From Terriglobia bacterium (GTDB taxonomy: Bacteria > Acidobacteriota > Terriglobia > 2-12-FULL-54-10), in assembly GCA_963666975.2 (NCBI GenBank), contig CAXVYR010000003.1:192001-256000 (forward strand): a DNA stretch of 64,000 nucleotides, read 5' to 3'. The translations under genes were made by a program, and so were the position numbers. A model generated the notes under the pieces. It was not told where the DNA came from, did no database searches, and saw only the letters and a program-made list of their open reading frames with translations. Shown piece by piece: positions 19,366-28,762 of the stretch; the stretch's first letter is position 1, and every line of letters starts with the position of its first letter.

Positions 19366-20511
19366 TCAGGTCCTGGCGAGGCGGCGTTTCTTGAGGAGCC
19401 TGCCGGCGCCAAGCCGTGACGGAACTCCGCCTGCCTTGCGAGCCAAATTGCGATGGCGGGTGGCGATTTCAAGAACCTTCTTTGCCAGGCGGTCGGAATG
19501 ATGCCGCACCTTCTGCGCGGTCGATGCCCCCGTTCGCTCCTCCGACAACAGATTGCCGGTTACCAGGCGCACTCCCAATTTCTCCAGCTCGGCGGCGTCC
19601 ACCTCCACGGGTTTCGATCTTTGGGATAGATACCGCCTCCGCAACCCGGGCGAAGCCGGTTTGGTGTTCAATAAAGCATAATCAAAGACGGGCAAGCCGC
19701 AATGATCGTAGATTGCCCGGATGTGGTCGGCGGCGGAGTAACCGGCGGTCTCTCCGGGCTGGGACATCAGGTTGCAGATAAATATTCTGGCGGCGGGAGC
19801 GCGCGCCATTCGTTCCGCCACGTCCTGCACCAGCAGGTTCGGAATCAAGCTGGTAAACAGCGAGCCGGGTCCCACGGTGATGGCGTCGGCCTCGTCGATG
19901 GCCTCCAGCGTCTGCGGCAGCGGATGGCATCTGGAAGGCACCAGGCGGATGCGGGCGATCCGGGCGCGGCTCCGGGAGATGAGCGTCTCGCCCCGAACGA
20001 TGCGGCCGTTCTGCATCAAGGCTTCCAGAGTGACGTTGGAAACTGTGGAGGGAAGGATGCGGCCCCGAATGGCGAGCACTTCGCTGGTGACTTTAACCGC
20101 ATCCTGGAAATCTCCGGTGATGCCGGTCAGCGCGGTCAAAAAAAGATTGCCAAAGCTGTGCCCCTTCAGCCCCCTTCCGCTGGTAAAACGGAATTGAAAG
20201 AGCCGGGAAAGCAGTCCTTCGTCTTCCGAGAGCGCTACCATGCAGTTGCGGATGTCGCCGGGGGGCAGAACCTGGAACTCCCGCCGCAGACGTCCGGAGC
20301 TGCCGCCATCGTCGGAAACCGTGACGACCGCGGTGAGATCGCTCAAGCGGGCGGGATCCGTCCGGGAGAGCGCATCGGAAAACGGCGTCGCGTTGTCCCG
20401 CTCGTCGTTCCACTCAGTGACCCACTCATCCCGAACATGCTTCTTCAGGCCGTGCAGCAGGGCAGAAAGTCCGGTTCCGCCGCCCATCGCGACAATTTTC
20501 ATGCCCCCCAA
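19366..20511 (-). CDS. yvcK: YvcK/GlmR (CofD-like) family protein
   Basis: MGGGTGLS, VTVSDDGGSSGRLR, PPGDIRNC, GHSFGNL and GPGSLFTS motifs; start may be 20502. Confidence 0.9.
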   Translation of the reverse strand: MGGMKIVAMGGGTGLSALLHGLKKHVRDEWVTEWNDERDNATPFSDALSRTDPARLSDLTAVVTVSDDGGSSGRLRREFQVLPPGDIRNCMVALSEDEGLLSRLFQFRFTSGRGLKGHSFGNLFLTALTGITGDFQDAVKVTSEVLAIRGRILPSTVSNVTLEALMQNGRIVRGETLISRSRARIARIRLVPSRCHPLPQTLEAIDEADAITVGPGSLFTSLIPNLLVQDVAERMARAPAARIFICNLMSQPGETAGYSAADHIRAIYDHCGLPVFDYALLNTKPASPGLRRRYLSQRSKPVEVDAAELEKLGVRLVTGNLLSEERTGASTAQKVRHHSDRLAKKVLEIATRHRNLARKAGGVPSRLGAGRLLKKRRLART

Positions 20512-20539
20512 CCCCTGCCAGTATGCATTCCTGATGCCT

Positions 20540-21229
20540 TTATATGATCGGCTTTTCCGGATAGATCAACTCGGTGAAGCGGGGGTCCTCTTCGAGTTTG
20601 GAAAAATCCGAATCGTTCCGTGCCATATACCGGTTCCGCTCATTGAGTTGGATTGCTTTTTGCAGATGCTCCAGCGCAGCCTCAACATGCTCCTGGAGGG
20701 CAAACGTGGAGGCCAGAGCATAATAGATGTAGTCAGACTTCGGGGCGAGTTTCAGCGCCTTAGCCAGGTAACGCTCCGCTTCCTGCTGGTTCCCCTCGTT
20801 TGCCATGCTCACACCATAGTTGTAAAAGTCCTCGGTGGTTTTCAGGCGCGGACTGAGATGACTGAGACGCTGATTACAAATGTTCAGATAGACTTGAGCC
20901 CGTTCGGCTAAGTCCCGAGTGGGGAGGTTCGCCAGGCGTTCAAAAATGGGGCGGGCCTTTGCAAACCCATGCCGGTTGAACTGCTTCACTCCATTTTCAA
21001 ATTGCGTCACAGAGTTCCTATATTGGATTTCTTCCGGAGTTAACTTCCGCCGGAAGACGGGAGCCGCCTTGGACTTGGAAGATTTCTTCCCTTTTGCTTT
21101 CAAATTCTTAGAGGCAGAGCCCTGGGCCTTTTTGGACGCAGCCAAGCGCGCGGTTCCGGCAGGCCGTTTCTTTTTAGCTGGCCGGTTCTTTTTAGCTGAT
21201 AGTGTCTTTTTAGAAATAGGTTTCTTCAT
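20540..21229 (-). CDS. TPR protein with Lys/Ala-rich N-terminal tail
   Basis: About 60 basic low-complexity residues, then TPR helices ending ARNDSDFSKL. Confidence 0.8.
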   Translation of the reverse strand: MKKPISKKTLSAKKNRPAKKKRPAGTARLAASKKAQGSASKNLKAKGKKSSKSKAAPVFRRKLTPEEIQYRNSVTQFENGVKQFNRHGFAKARPIFERLANLPTRDLAERAQVYLNICNQRLSHLSPRLKTTEDFYNYGVSMANEGNQQEAERYLAKALKLAPKSDYIYYALASTFALQEHVEAALEHLQKAIQLNERNRYMARNDSDFSKLEEDPRFTELIYPEKPII

Positions 21230-21503
21230 TCCAGAACCGCCTCCTAGGGCACGACGCCTTGAGTCATTGGGGCATCAGCGGCTAATTCATAGCATTCTAT
21301 TCACTTATAGCAGAACAGAAAATTTCCAGTCAAGGGAAGGGAGCCTTGGGCGGTGGGAGGATACCAATCGGGGTAGAGGCTGTAAACGCCGTTTGCCGCT
21401 TGCTGCTATTCAATAAAAGCAGTCCTGCCGGCCTCTGGCATCTGCCCTGGCCAAGGAAACCACAGCCACACGATAGCCGTCTCCGCTCCAAGCCCACCCA
21501 TCC

Positions 21504-22574
21504 CTATCGGGAAAGACGAGCGGCTCTGGGACGGTAGCCGCTCCGAGCCCGGATGCGGAAATCTTTCACGTGATCTCCCACCAGTTTCACAGTAATGTCC
21601 CGCCAGCCGCGGTTCGGATTCGGTTGCGGATAGTAGCTGAGCGCATAAAGATGTGACAGGTCATCCCGGATTAAGGAAAAGGCCTTCTGCTGATCTCTCC
21701 AGTTTTTGGCAAAATACGCTTTGCCCCCCGTGCTGACGGTAATCCGCTCAAATACGGCGGTCGAGACCGGATCGTGTTTCGCCTCGCGCGTGCTGATCAT
21801 GTAAATGGGGATGCCCGCCGCTTGAGCCAGCTCCCGAACCGCCTCGGGAGAAACCACGCTGGCGTTGTCCGGACCATTGGAGAAAACAACCACGACTTTT
21901 CTTCCGGAGAGATCCGCCGCGTCTTTGAGGGTCATCAAGAGGCCGTTATAAAGAGCCGCGTCATCCCCGGCGACAGTGGAGCGCACGCCGCGCAAAACCT
22001 CCACGCGGTCGGAGGTGAGCGCAGCGGGCCGCGAAAAGTTGCGGCTGTAGGAATACAGCGCGACCCGGTCGGCGGCATCTAAAGAGCGGACGAATTCGGA
22101 AATGGCGTCCTGCGCAAACACAAATCCCCGGTACATGTAGTTGCTGGTGTCGAACAAAATGAAAACATTGGCTCCGGCCACCAGAGAAGCAACGCTCTCC
22201 GGCGTGGCCTGCGGGAATTCCTGCGGATTCCCGTTGCGAAGCCGGGCAGGCCCGCGGGAGTAAAACGGCCGCACCACCCGTGGCTGGCTCTGCCCCGGTA
22301 AAAACTCTCCCAACCGGCGCGGGGCGGCGCTGCCTTCGGCGAAGGTAGCCACCTTCTGCTGAATGCCATCCTCGTACAGTTCAAAGTCCCAGGGATACAG
22401 GGCTGTTATATAGTTGCCCTTCTTGTCTGTCACGGCCACATTCAACAGCACCATGTCGACTTCGACCCGGAAGACGGCCGTGCCGGGCTCGGCTTCCTGC
22501 GCCGTGCCGGGGATTAGGCTGCCGGGGAAAATACCGAGCAGCATCAGAAGCAGAAAGAAACATTGCCTGTTCAT
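21504..22574 (-). CDS. Exported VWA-domain protein (acidobacterial type)
   Basis: Signal peptide; FRVEVDMVLLNVAVTDKKG; DFELYEDG; RKVVVVFSNG; YALSYYP...RARSGY. Start set at MNRQC. Confidence 0.85.
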   Translation of the reverse strand: MNRQCFFLLLMLLGIFPGSLIPGTAQEAEPGTAVFRVEVDMVLLNVAVTDKKGNYITALYPWDFELYEDGIQQKVATFAEGSAAPRRLGEFLPGQSQPRVVRPFYSRGPARLRNGNPQEFPQATPESVASLVAGANVFILFDTSNYMYRGFVFAQDAISEFVRSLDAADRVALYSYSRNFSRPAALTSDRVEVLRGVRSTVAGDDAALYNGLLMTLKDAADLSGRKVVVVFSNGPDNASVVSPEAVRELAQAAGIPIYMISTREAKHDPVSTAVFERITVSTGGKAYFAKNWRDQQKAFSLIRDDLSHLYALSYYPQPNPNRGWRDITVKLVGDHVKDFRIRARSGYRPRAARLSR

Positions 22575-22657
22575 AGATCCATCTCCCCTCGGTTGCGAAA
22601 TTCCACTGCTTTCCGTAACAGAACTGCTTTTGTCCGTCCCGCATGCAGCGGGAAATT

Positions 22658-25600
22658 TCAACCTTGGCCGGCAGCCGGAGGCTTCGGCAAAGAGGTTACC
22701 TGCCCGCTGCGAAACTCCTCTCCGGTTTCCCGCAAGGCGCGGAGCACAGCCGACCAGTCCTCCAGGTGAGTGGCGAAAATCTTCTCGATCATTCGGCGGG
22801 TCAGCTCGGGAATCATGCGGTGCAGCATGGCCGGCGCATAGCCTGCTTCGTCTGCCAGCCGTGCCCAGTACAGATTGTGAGAGTCCCAGCTCTCGGCCAG
22901 CAAACGGCTGGAATAGCCCAAGAAGGTGGGAAACGGTTTCCCCGGCAACAATTCTCGCGCGTGGGTGTTGGCCAGGGCAGGGTGGGGTACGCCGAAATCG
23001 CGGGAGATGCGCTCCCAGCTGACCTCCTCCGGGTAGCGCTGCTCGAGAGTTTTCAGTTCGTCTCCGGCCACGCTCCACTCTGCGGCCTGGCCGGGATATT
23101 TTTTCCGAAACTCGGCTGCCAGGTAAAAAAGCTCCGCCGGCATCAACTGGAAAAGAGCTTCCTCCAGATGCGCCGTGCCCAGGGCCTTTTCTACTTTCTC
23201 CAGGCGCCTCGGGAGCATGCGGTCGAACAGGATATCCGAGACTCTGCGCCGCGTGGCCTCATCACCCGCGGCAGCCGCCAGGAGGTCTTCTCCCAGGCTC
23301 TGGTAGAGAGCCACGGCGTGCATCTCGTTCCGGGTAACCCCCCACCAGCGGGGCAGGACGGCGCTCGCCAAAATCGTCGGCGCCAGATCCGCCCAGATCA
23401 ACGATTGAGTGTTTTCCGGAACGAGGAAGTCCTGTTCTATTTGTGCGAGCACGTAAGGCAGGTTGGCGAGCGAACCCGCCAGGTAGGCCCCGCCGCTCGC
23501 CGTCCAACCCCTGCCGAACAGGCGCGGTGTCTGCCATGCTTCTTCTCCCGTTGTGGTCATCCGCCCGGAAAAATCATGGGAACGGACGAAGAGCGAATTG
23601 TTGTGGAGGATTTGAGCGCCCGGCGGCTCGTAGTATGCATAGTTCAAGCCGACCAGGGTGTCCCGCAGGAACGGAGTGAGCAGGCCGCGAACCTCATCCA
23701 TCTTACGCGGCGAATTGGCTGATTGAATCTCCTTGGTCAAATCGGTGCGCGCCTGCAGGGCGGTATGCGGGTTATTGATGAGTCCGGAGGCCCATTCGCT
23801 TCGTTCTCTGCGGCTAAAAATGGGCAGGGGCATCTCGAACTCCCGGAGCTGTCCCGCTAGACGAACCAAGGACTCCGAAGCAGCTCCCCCTGGCGCCATT
23901 TCATCCATGCCGGCGCGCAGCCCCAGCAAGGTATCCAGGGGGACCAGACGCTGCGCATCCAATATTCCGTGGATTCTTTCAGCCAGTTCCTGCCGCGCTT
24001 GCTGTCCTTCCGGACTCGCCTGGGAGGGGCCAGCCAATAGCGCCACGATTTCATCCTGGGAAAGTTTCGGTGTGCCCCTGACGAATTCCAGCATTCCTTG
24101 CAAGGAGGCCTGGGCGGCTTCAAAGATCTCAACCGGGGAGCTGATACCGGAGAAGGGATGGACCACCTTCTGGAAGGAATAATTCAGCATGTTTTCCGGA
24201 ATTTGTTCTTGTCTTGCCAGTATCTGCCAAAGTCCGACGTTCGCCTGAAACAGGCCCATCGCATCGGCCCGCACCAGGTGTTTGCGAATGTGGTCGATGC
24301 TCTCGGCTGCGTGCAGGAAGCGGCTGATCGAATCATTGTCCAGGCTGCTCCACTCGGAGAACAGCAAGTACTGATTTTGGAGGCGCGAGAACTTCTCCGC
24401 CAGCAACCGGACCGTCTGCGGGCTCAGCCGCCCGGCAGGAGTGCGGTAGCGGTCGATTTCGATCAATGCCAGATAGGTTTGCAGCGGCCCATCTTTCCCC
24501 GGGTCGCGGGAAAGGGAAACCAAGGCTTCCAGTAATTCTTCGGGCTTGTCCCAGCCGTTTGAGCGCTTGGCCAACTCCCGGACTAATTTGGAATCGCTTT
24601 TCCTGCGGAATATCTCCTTCCACACTTCTAAATTGCCCGGGACGTGCGGTTCGCCGTCCGGCTCCAGATAGAGACGGCTGACGAGCAGCAGGAGCCCTGC
24701 ATTGGGCCGAAAAACGGGCCGGGCGGGATTGGGAAGGTTTTTGTTGCTCTTCCCCCGCAGCGCTTCATAGAGGCGACTCAACCGGCGAGGTTCGGTGAAG
24801 TACGCCTGCTGGGCCCGGCTGACGCGAGAGAGCGCATCAAAATAAACTGCCACCCAGCCCGTATCTTTTTCGAGCAACCGCATTACAAATTCTCCGGGTG
24901 AGCCCGGGTCGGCGCCCACCAAGCTTTTCCAGGCCGATTCCGAACGGGCTCCTCCGGGAACGAGGACTCGCCCGGACCGGATTGCAATATGGCTGCCATA
25001 AAAGTCCAGAACGGGTGCCAGCGGGACCAGTGTCTTCATTCCAGGGTCCCGCCGCAGGGCCGTTCGGGTTTCTTCGTCCAGCCGGGATAAGGCCCAGTAG
25101 AGGCGGGACAGTTGCGGGCTTTGCATGAGAGTGTCGACGACATCTTCCTCGCCCTCCACCCAATCGTTTGGATTAAACAGCGCCGGCACCTGGGAACTGG
25201 CGTAGGATTGGGCGAACGGCTGGCCAGTTCGAAGCGCTTCCTCCAGCTCCACCAGCGGGAATCCGGAATCAATGGTGAGGAAAGCCCTTTCCGGATCGGT
25301 GGTCTGCAACACAGCGTTGGGGCCGCAGGATTCCCGGAAACGATAACCAAGAATCGTGAGCAGCGGCTGGACGTCGCTGCAACCGGATACTCGCAGGACC
25401 CCGTCCAGGCCCGCCAGTTCGCGCAGATCTCTGGCCTGTTCCGTGTAATTTATTAACAGCTTCAGATACTCGGTGGGTTTGCCGGATTTCTTGCCGCTCC
25501 AGAAGTGATATCCTTCCACCACCACGTTGCGGGCCAGGAAAGACAGCACGTCCCTTGCCGGAGCCTTCTGGCTGATGGCAGCCATCCGCAAGAAAGAACG

Positions 25601-26125
25601 CAGCGGGCCGGGTATGATTGTAGTGGCGGGGAATCCAGACGGCATGGTCTGTTCCAGCGCCTTCTCCAGATCGGGCAGGTCTTTGCCTCCTTTTTCGCGG
25701 TAAAGTGCCAGGTATTCCCCTGCCTTTTCCCGGTTCCCTTCCAGAAGTTCCAATTCCACCAGCCGCCGCGTCACGGCCGCATGCCCGCCGGGTTGTTCCA
25801 TCTGTTCGGCCATGCGCTCGCCCTGCGACAGCAGTTTCAACCACTGCTCGTAAGCTTGCTTCCGTCCGGATTGGCCATAGCGGTCTAACAGCTGAGCAAA
25901 GGCGCGTGCGATCTCCGGGTCCTCGGGATACAGTTGTAATCCTTCGGAAAGGAGCGTCCTGGCCTGGGCCATCTGGCCGGATTCTTCCGAAGACAGCGCC
26001 TGGGCCAGCACGTCATCGGGGGAAGCGGGGTCGGCGCTCCAAGCTGGGCGCAGGAGCGAAGCATTTCCTCCAAAAATAAGCAGCAGAAAAAGACCCGACA
26101 GGGAAAAAGCGTGTTTCATGACCAC
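22658..26125 (-). CDS. Large exported hypothetical protein with N-terminal TPR-like helices
   Basis: 1155-aa ORF with signal peptide, co-oriented and adjacent to the VWA gene. Confidence 0.8.
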   Translation of the reverse strand: MVMKHAFSLSGLFLLLIFGGNASLLRPAWSADPASPDDVLAQALSSEESGQMAQARTLLSEGLQLYPEDPEIARAFAQLLDRYGQSGRKQAYEQWLKLLSQGERMAEQMEQPGGHAAVTRRLVELELLEGNREKAGEYLALYREKGGKDLPDLEKALEQTMPSGFPATTIIPGPLRSFLRMAAISQKAPARDVLSFLARNVVVEGYHFWSGKKSGKPTEYLKLLINYTEQARDLRELAGLDGVLRVSGCSDVQPLLTILGYRFRESCGPNAVLQTTDPERAFLTIDSGFPLVELEEALRTGQPFAQSYASSQVPALFNPNDWVEGEEDVVDTLMQSPQLSRLYWALSRLDEETRTALRRDPGMKTLVPLAPVLDFYGSHIAIRSGRVLVPGGARSESAWKSLVGADPGSPGEFVMRLLEKDTGWVAVYFDALSRVSRAQQAYFTEPRRLSRLYEALRGKSNKNLPNPARPVFRPNAGLLLLVSRLYLEPDGEPHVPGNLEVWKEIFRRKSDSKLVRELAKRSNGWDKPEELLEALVSLSRDPGKDGPLQTYLALIEIDRYRTPAGRLSPQTVRLLAEKFSRLQNQYLLFSEWSSLDNDSISRFLHAAESIDHIRKHLVRADAMGLFQANVGLWQILARQEQIPENMLNYSFQKVVHPFSGISSPVEIFEAAQASLQGMLEFVRGTPKLSQDEIVALLAGPSQASPEGQQARQELAERIHGILDAQRLVPLDTLLGLRAGMDEMAPGGAASESLVRLAGQLREFEMPLPIFSRRERSEWASGLINNPHTALQARTDLTKEIQSANSPRKMDEVRGLLTPFLRDTLVGLNYAYYEPPGAQILHNNSLFVRSHDFSGRMTTTGEEAWQTPRLFGRGWTASGGAYLAGSLANLPYVLAQIEQDFLVPENTQSLIWADLAPTILASAVLPRWWGVTRNEMHAVALYQSLGEDLLAAAAGDEATRRRVSDILFDRMLPRRLEKVEKALGTAHLEEALFQLMPAELFYLAAEFRKKYPGQAAEWSVAGDELKTLEQRYPEEVSWERISRDFGVPHPALANTHARELLPGKPFPTFLGYSSRLLAESWDSHNLYWARLADEAGYAPAMLHRMIPELTRRMIEKIFATHLEDWSAVLRALRETGEEFRSGQVTSLPKPPAAGQG

Positions 26126-26322
26126 AGCCCTTTCTACGAGTTTTAGAAAAGCGATGGATACTACCCGCAGGCAGCACAGCCGGGAAGCCGGCTCTGTCCT
26201 CTTGATTTACCCGTCTTCAAACTGACTATGGAGCGTCCATAAGAATAAATCATCTTGCAATACAATCCAAGTCTCCGGTCCACCCAAAAACAAGGTACAG
26301 GCAGATAACCTCGAATTATAGG

Positions 26323-27741
26323 CTAGGTTTTCTTGGTTTTGAACATTTTTTCTGCCATCTTGCGGACCGTGTCGGGGACGTTCTTGTTAGTCGAGAGGGA
26401 GCGGAGATCGGTCACAATGAGGCGGTTGAGCAGCGGCAGACCTACATCAATGGGCAGACGGGGATTATTGACCAGATTCTTTAATACTACATAGTTTTTC
26501 ATGAACTTGCGGTTCATGGAAATGAGGCGCAACACGTCCTGGCTCACGTTCTTCAGGGCGGCGAAATTCTCCGCTTCGCCGTCGGTTAGCTTGGGAGAAC
26601 TCAACACGCCCCGTTGGATCACTTTACTTCCGTCACGAATTAGAAAACCCCGTTCTTCTTTGGTACCCAGCAAGGCCAGCTTCAGGCGCTGCGCGACGGT
26701 CATCCTGGCGATTTTGCTGACTAGGCCCTCTGGTTTGGAAGGATCGGCGGGGGCCGCCGCTGTTTCTTCCTCTGCGGTCGGGGGAGGCGGGGGAGTTTCC
26801 GACTGCATCTCCTCAATCAGCATATCAAGCAAATCTACTTCCAATACAAGGCCTTCGGCAGGCGGGTCTTTCTGCCAGCGCTCGTGGGTCGGATTGTCCT
26901 TCAGAGCTATCAGCGCCGGGGTCTGCAGCAGATCCAGTTCTTCCAAAAGCACTTGCAATACTTCCGGACCCGCATTCGCGGCCAGGACTGTAATGGCATC
27001 CAGCGGCGAGGCGGGATTGGCCAGAAGAGCCGGCAACAGCACCGGACGGACGTGGGCGAGATCGAGAAAGTAGCGGGCGACGGATTCGGGTAACGTCCAA
27101 GACGCCAGTTCCGCGACGCATTGTTCGTCCTGGAGGCGGCTTAGAGTCTGATGGGCGGCACGGCATACTTCCGGGTCGGCGTCTGCTGTGAGCGAAACCA
27201 AAACGTTGAGTAGCTGATCGGCCGGAATCTCCATTTCGCCGCGAGCCGCCTGGAGTTTTTCTTCTGGGGCCAATTCAACGGTTTCGGCAGACGGTTCTTT
27301 CCGCCAACCTTCGTGGAGCGGATTGTTTTTCAAAGCTGCCAGCACAGGCGGCTTCAACAGGTCCAATATTTCCAGAAGCATTTCCAGCACTTCCCGGGTC
27401 GACTTCGCGGCCAGAACGATGATGGCGTCCTGTGGAGAGGCGGGATTGGCCAAAAGAGTCGGCAGCAGGGCCGGACGGGCGTGGGAAGGATCGAGAAAAT
27501 AGCGGGCGACGGGTTCCGGCAGAGTGGGCGCCGCCAGCGCCGGGACACATTGTTCGTCGGGAAGATGTTGGAGTGTTTCCTGGGCCGCGCCGCTTACCTC
27601 CGCGTCGGTGTCGGCGGCGAGCACAACCAACATATTCAGTAGCTGGGGGGCGGGAACCTCTGCTCCCCCCATTTCTCCACGGGCAACCTGGAGTTTTTCT
27701 TCGCGCGACAGTTCCCCGGATAACAATTGCTGCGGTAACAT
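26323..27741 (-). CDS. Hypothetical helical protein with internal ~143-aa duplication
   Basis: Two copies of EEKLQxARGEM...LLANPASP...LKxNPxHExW; C-terminal RLKLALLGTKEERGFLIRD domain. Confidence 0.8.
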   Translation of the reverse strand: MLPQQLLSGELSREEKLQVARGEMGGAEVPAPQLLNMLVVLAADTDAEVSGAAQETLQHLPDEQCVPALAAPTLPEPVARYFLDPSHARPALLPTLLANPASPQDAIIVLAAKSTREVLEMLLEILDLLKPPVLAALKNNPLHEGWRKEPSAETVELAPEEKLQAARGEMEIPADQLLNVLVSLTADADPEVCRAAHQTLSRLQDEQCVAELASWTLPESVARYFLDLAHVRPVLLPALLANPASPLDAITVLAANAGPEVLQVLLEELDLLQTPALIALKDNPTHERWQKDPPAEGLVLEVDLLDMLIEEMQSETPPPPPTAEEETAAAPADPSKPEGLVSKIARMTVAQRLKLALLGTKEERGFLIRDGSKVIQRGVLSSPKLTDGEAENFAALKNVSQDVLRLISMNRKFMKNYVVLKNLVNNPRLPIDVGLPLLNRLIVTDLRSLSTNKNVPDTVRKMAEKMFKTKKT

Positions 27742-27751
27742 GATGCAAACC

Positions 27752-28600
27752 TCACGGAGCAAGTTCAGAAAGTCCGCTGGCGGAGATGGTAAACCGTTTC
27801 ACTTCCCCGTCGTTACCTGCAGGCGGCAACGGGTTTCCGTTCAGGGAGAGGGTCACACCGCCCGCATCCCCGACGTGCATTTGGATGGCCTCGTTTGCAC
27901 GAACCCGGCGTGTTTGCTGCGGCTGCAGGAAGCCTTCCCACTCCGCTTCGCCGTCCGCGATGATCGAGAGCCAGACTTCACGGCGACTGTCGATCTGCAA
28001 CAAAAACGATCCAGCCACAGGTTCAGGACTGTTCACCCGTCCCTGCCGTGTCTCTTGCATGGCAGCCGCCAGCGCCGGAGCCTTTTCCAGTTGGGTCTGC
28101 GCAGGGGGGGCGGAAGAAGCGCCGGTGGCGGTCTCCGTCCGCGAGGACGTCCTGGAGGAAAGGTTTCCGGGAGCGGCAGAGGCCATTGCTGCCGGGGAAT
28201 CAGAGGCCGGTTCCCGGTCGGTGAACCGGTAGATGGCGTAAGCGATCCCGATGACGATTGCACCCAATGCGATAGCTGTCAAAACCAGAGGGATGTACCC
28301 AGTCATGGACGGCGCCATCGCGTCGCTCGGCGGAGCCGCCGTCTGCCGGTTTGTATCGTCCAGGCCTGCATTTACCTCCTCAAAATATTCTGCAACCGTC
28401 CGTTCCTGGTCCAGCCCTAAATAGCCGGCGTAATGGCGCACAAAACTCTTGTTGAAAATGCCACCGGGGAGCAGATCCATCTTTTCTTCCTCAATTGCTT
28501 TGAGGAAGCGCACGCTGATCTTAGTGTGCTCGGAGATATCGCGGAGGGAAATTCCCCGCGCTTCCCGTTCGACCCTCAAGTTTTCACCGGCGGAACCCAT
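27752..28600 (-). CDS. RodZ-like protein (HTH, TM, periplasmic DUF4115-like domain)
   Basis: LRVEREARGISLRDISEHTKIS...FVRHYAGYLGLD; TM helix; VGDAGGVTLSLNG. Confidence 0.85.
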   Translation of the reverse strand: MGSAGENLRVEREARGISLRDISEHTKISVRFLKAIEEEKMDLLPGGIFNKSFVRHYAGYLGLDQERTVAEYFEEVNAGLDDTNRQTAAPPSDAMAPSMTGYIPLVLTAIALGAIVIGIAYAIYRFTDREPASDSPAAMASAAPGNLSSRTSSRTETATGASSAPPAQTQLEKAPALAAAMQETRQGRVNSPEPVAGSFLLQIDSRREVWLSIIADGEAEWEGFLQPQQTRRVRANEAIQMHVGDAGGVTLSLNGNPLPPAGNDGEVKRFTISASGLSELAP

Positions 28601-28637
28601 ATGGTTTCTTATGGATAGCTAAATAAGAATGCGGTTT

Positions 28638-28710
28638 ATGATAGTGGGGGAGCCTAAAAACTGTCAAACATTAATTGAGGCTTTTTCTGAGTCCCATCTG
28701 TGATTATAAT
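28638..28710. promoter_or_regulatory. Divergent sigma70-like promoter elements
   Basis: Minus strand TTGACA-18-TATCAT (28667-28638) toward rodZ; plus strand TATAAT (28705-28710) toward the cyclase. Confidence 0.45.
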
Positions 28711-28762
28711 GTGAGGGGTTTTACTTTGTGCCGAGTCTCTGAAATCCGCCCCTGCTTTCATT

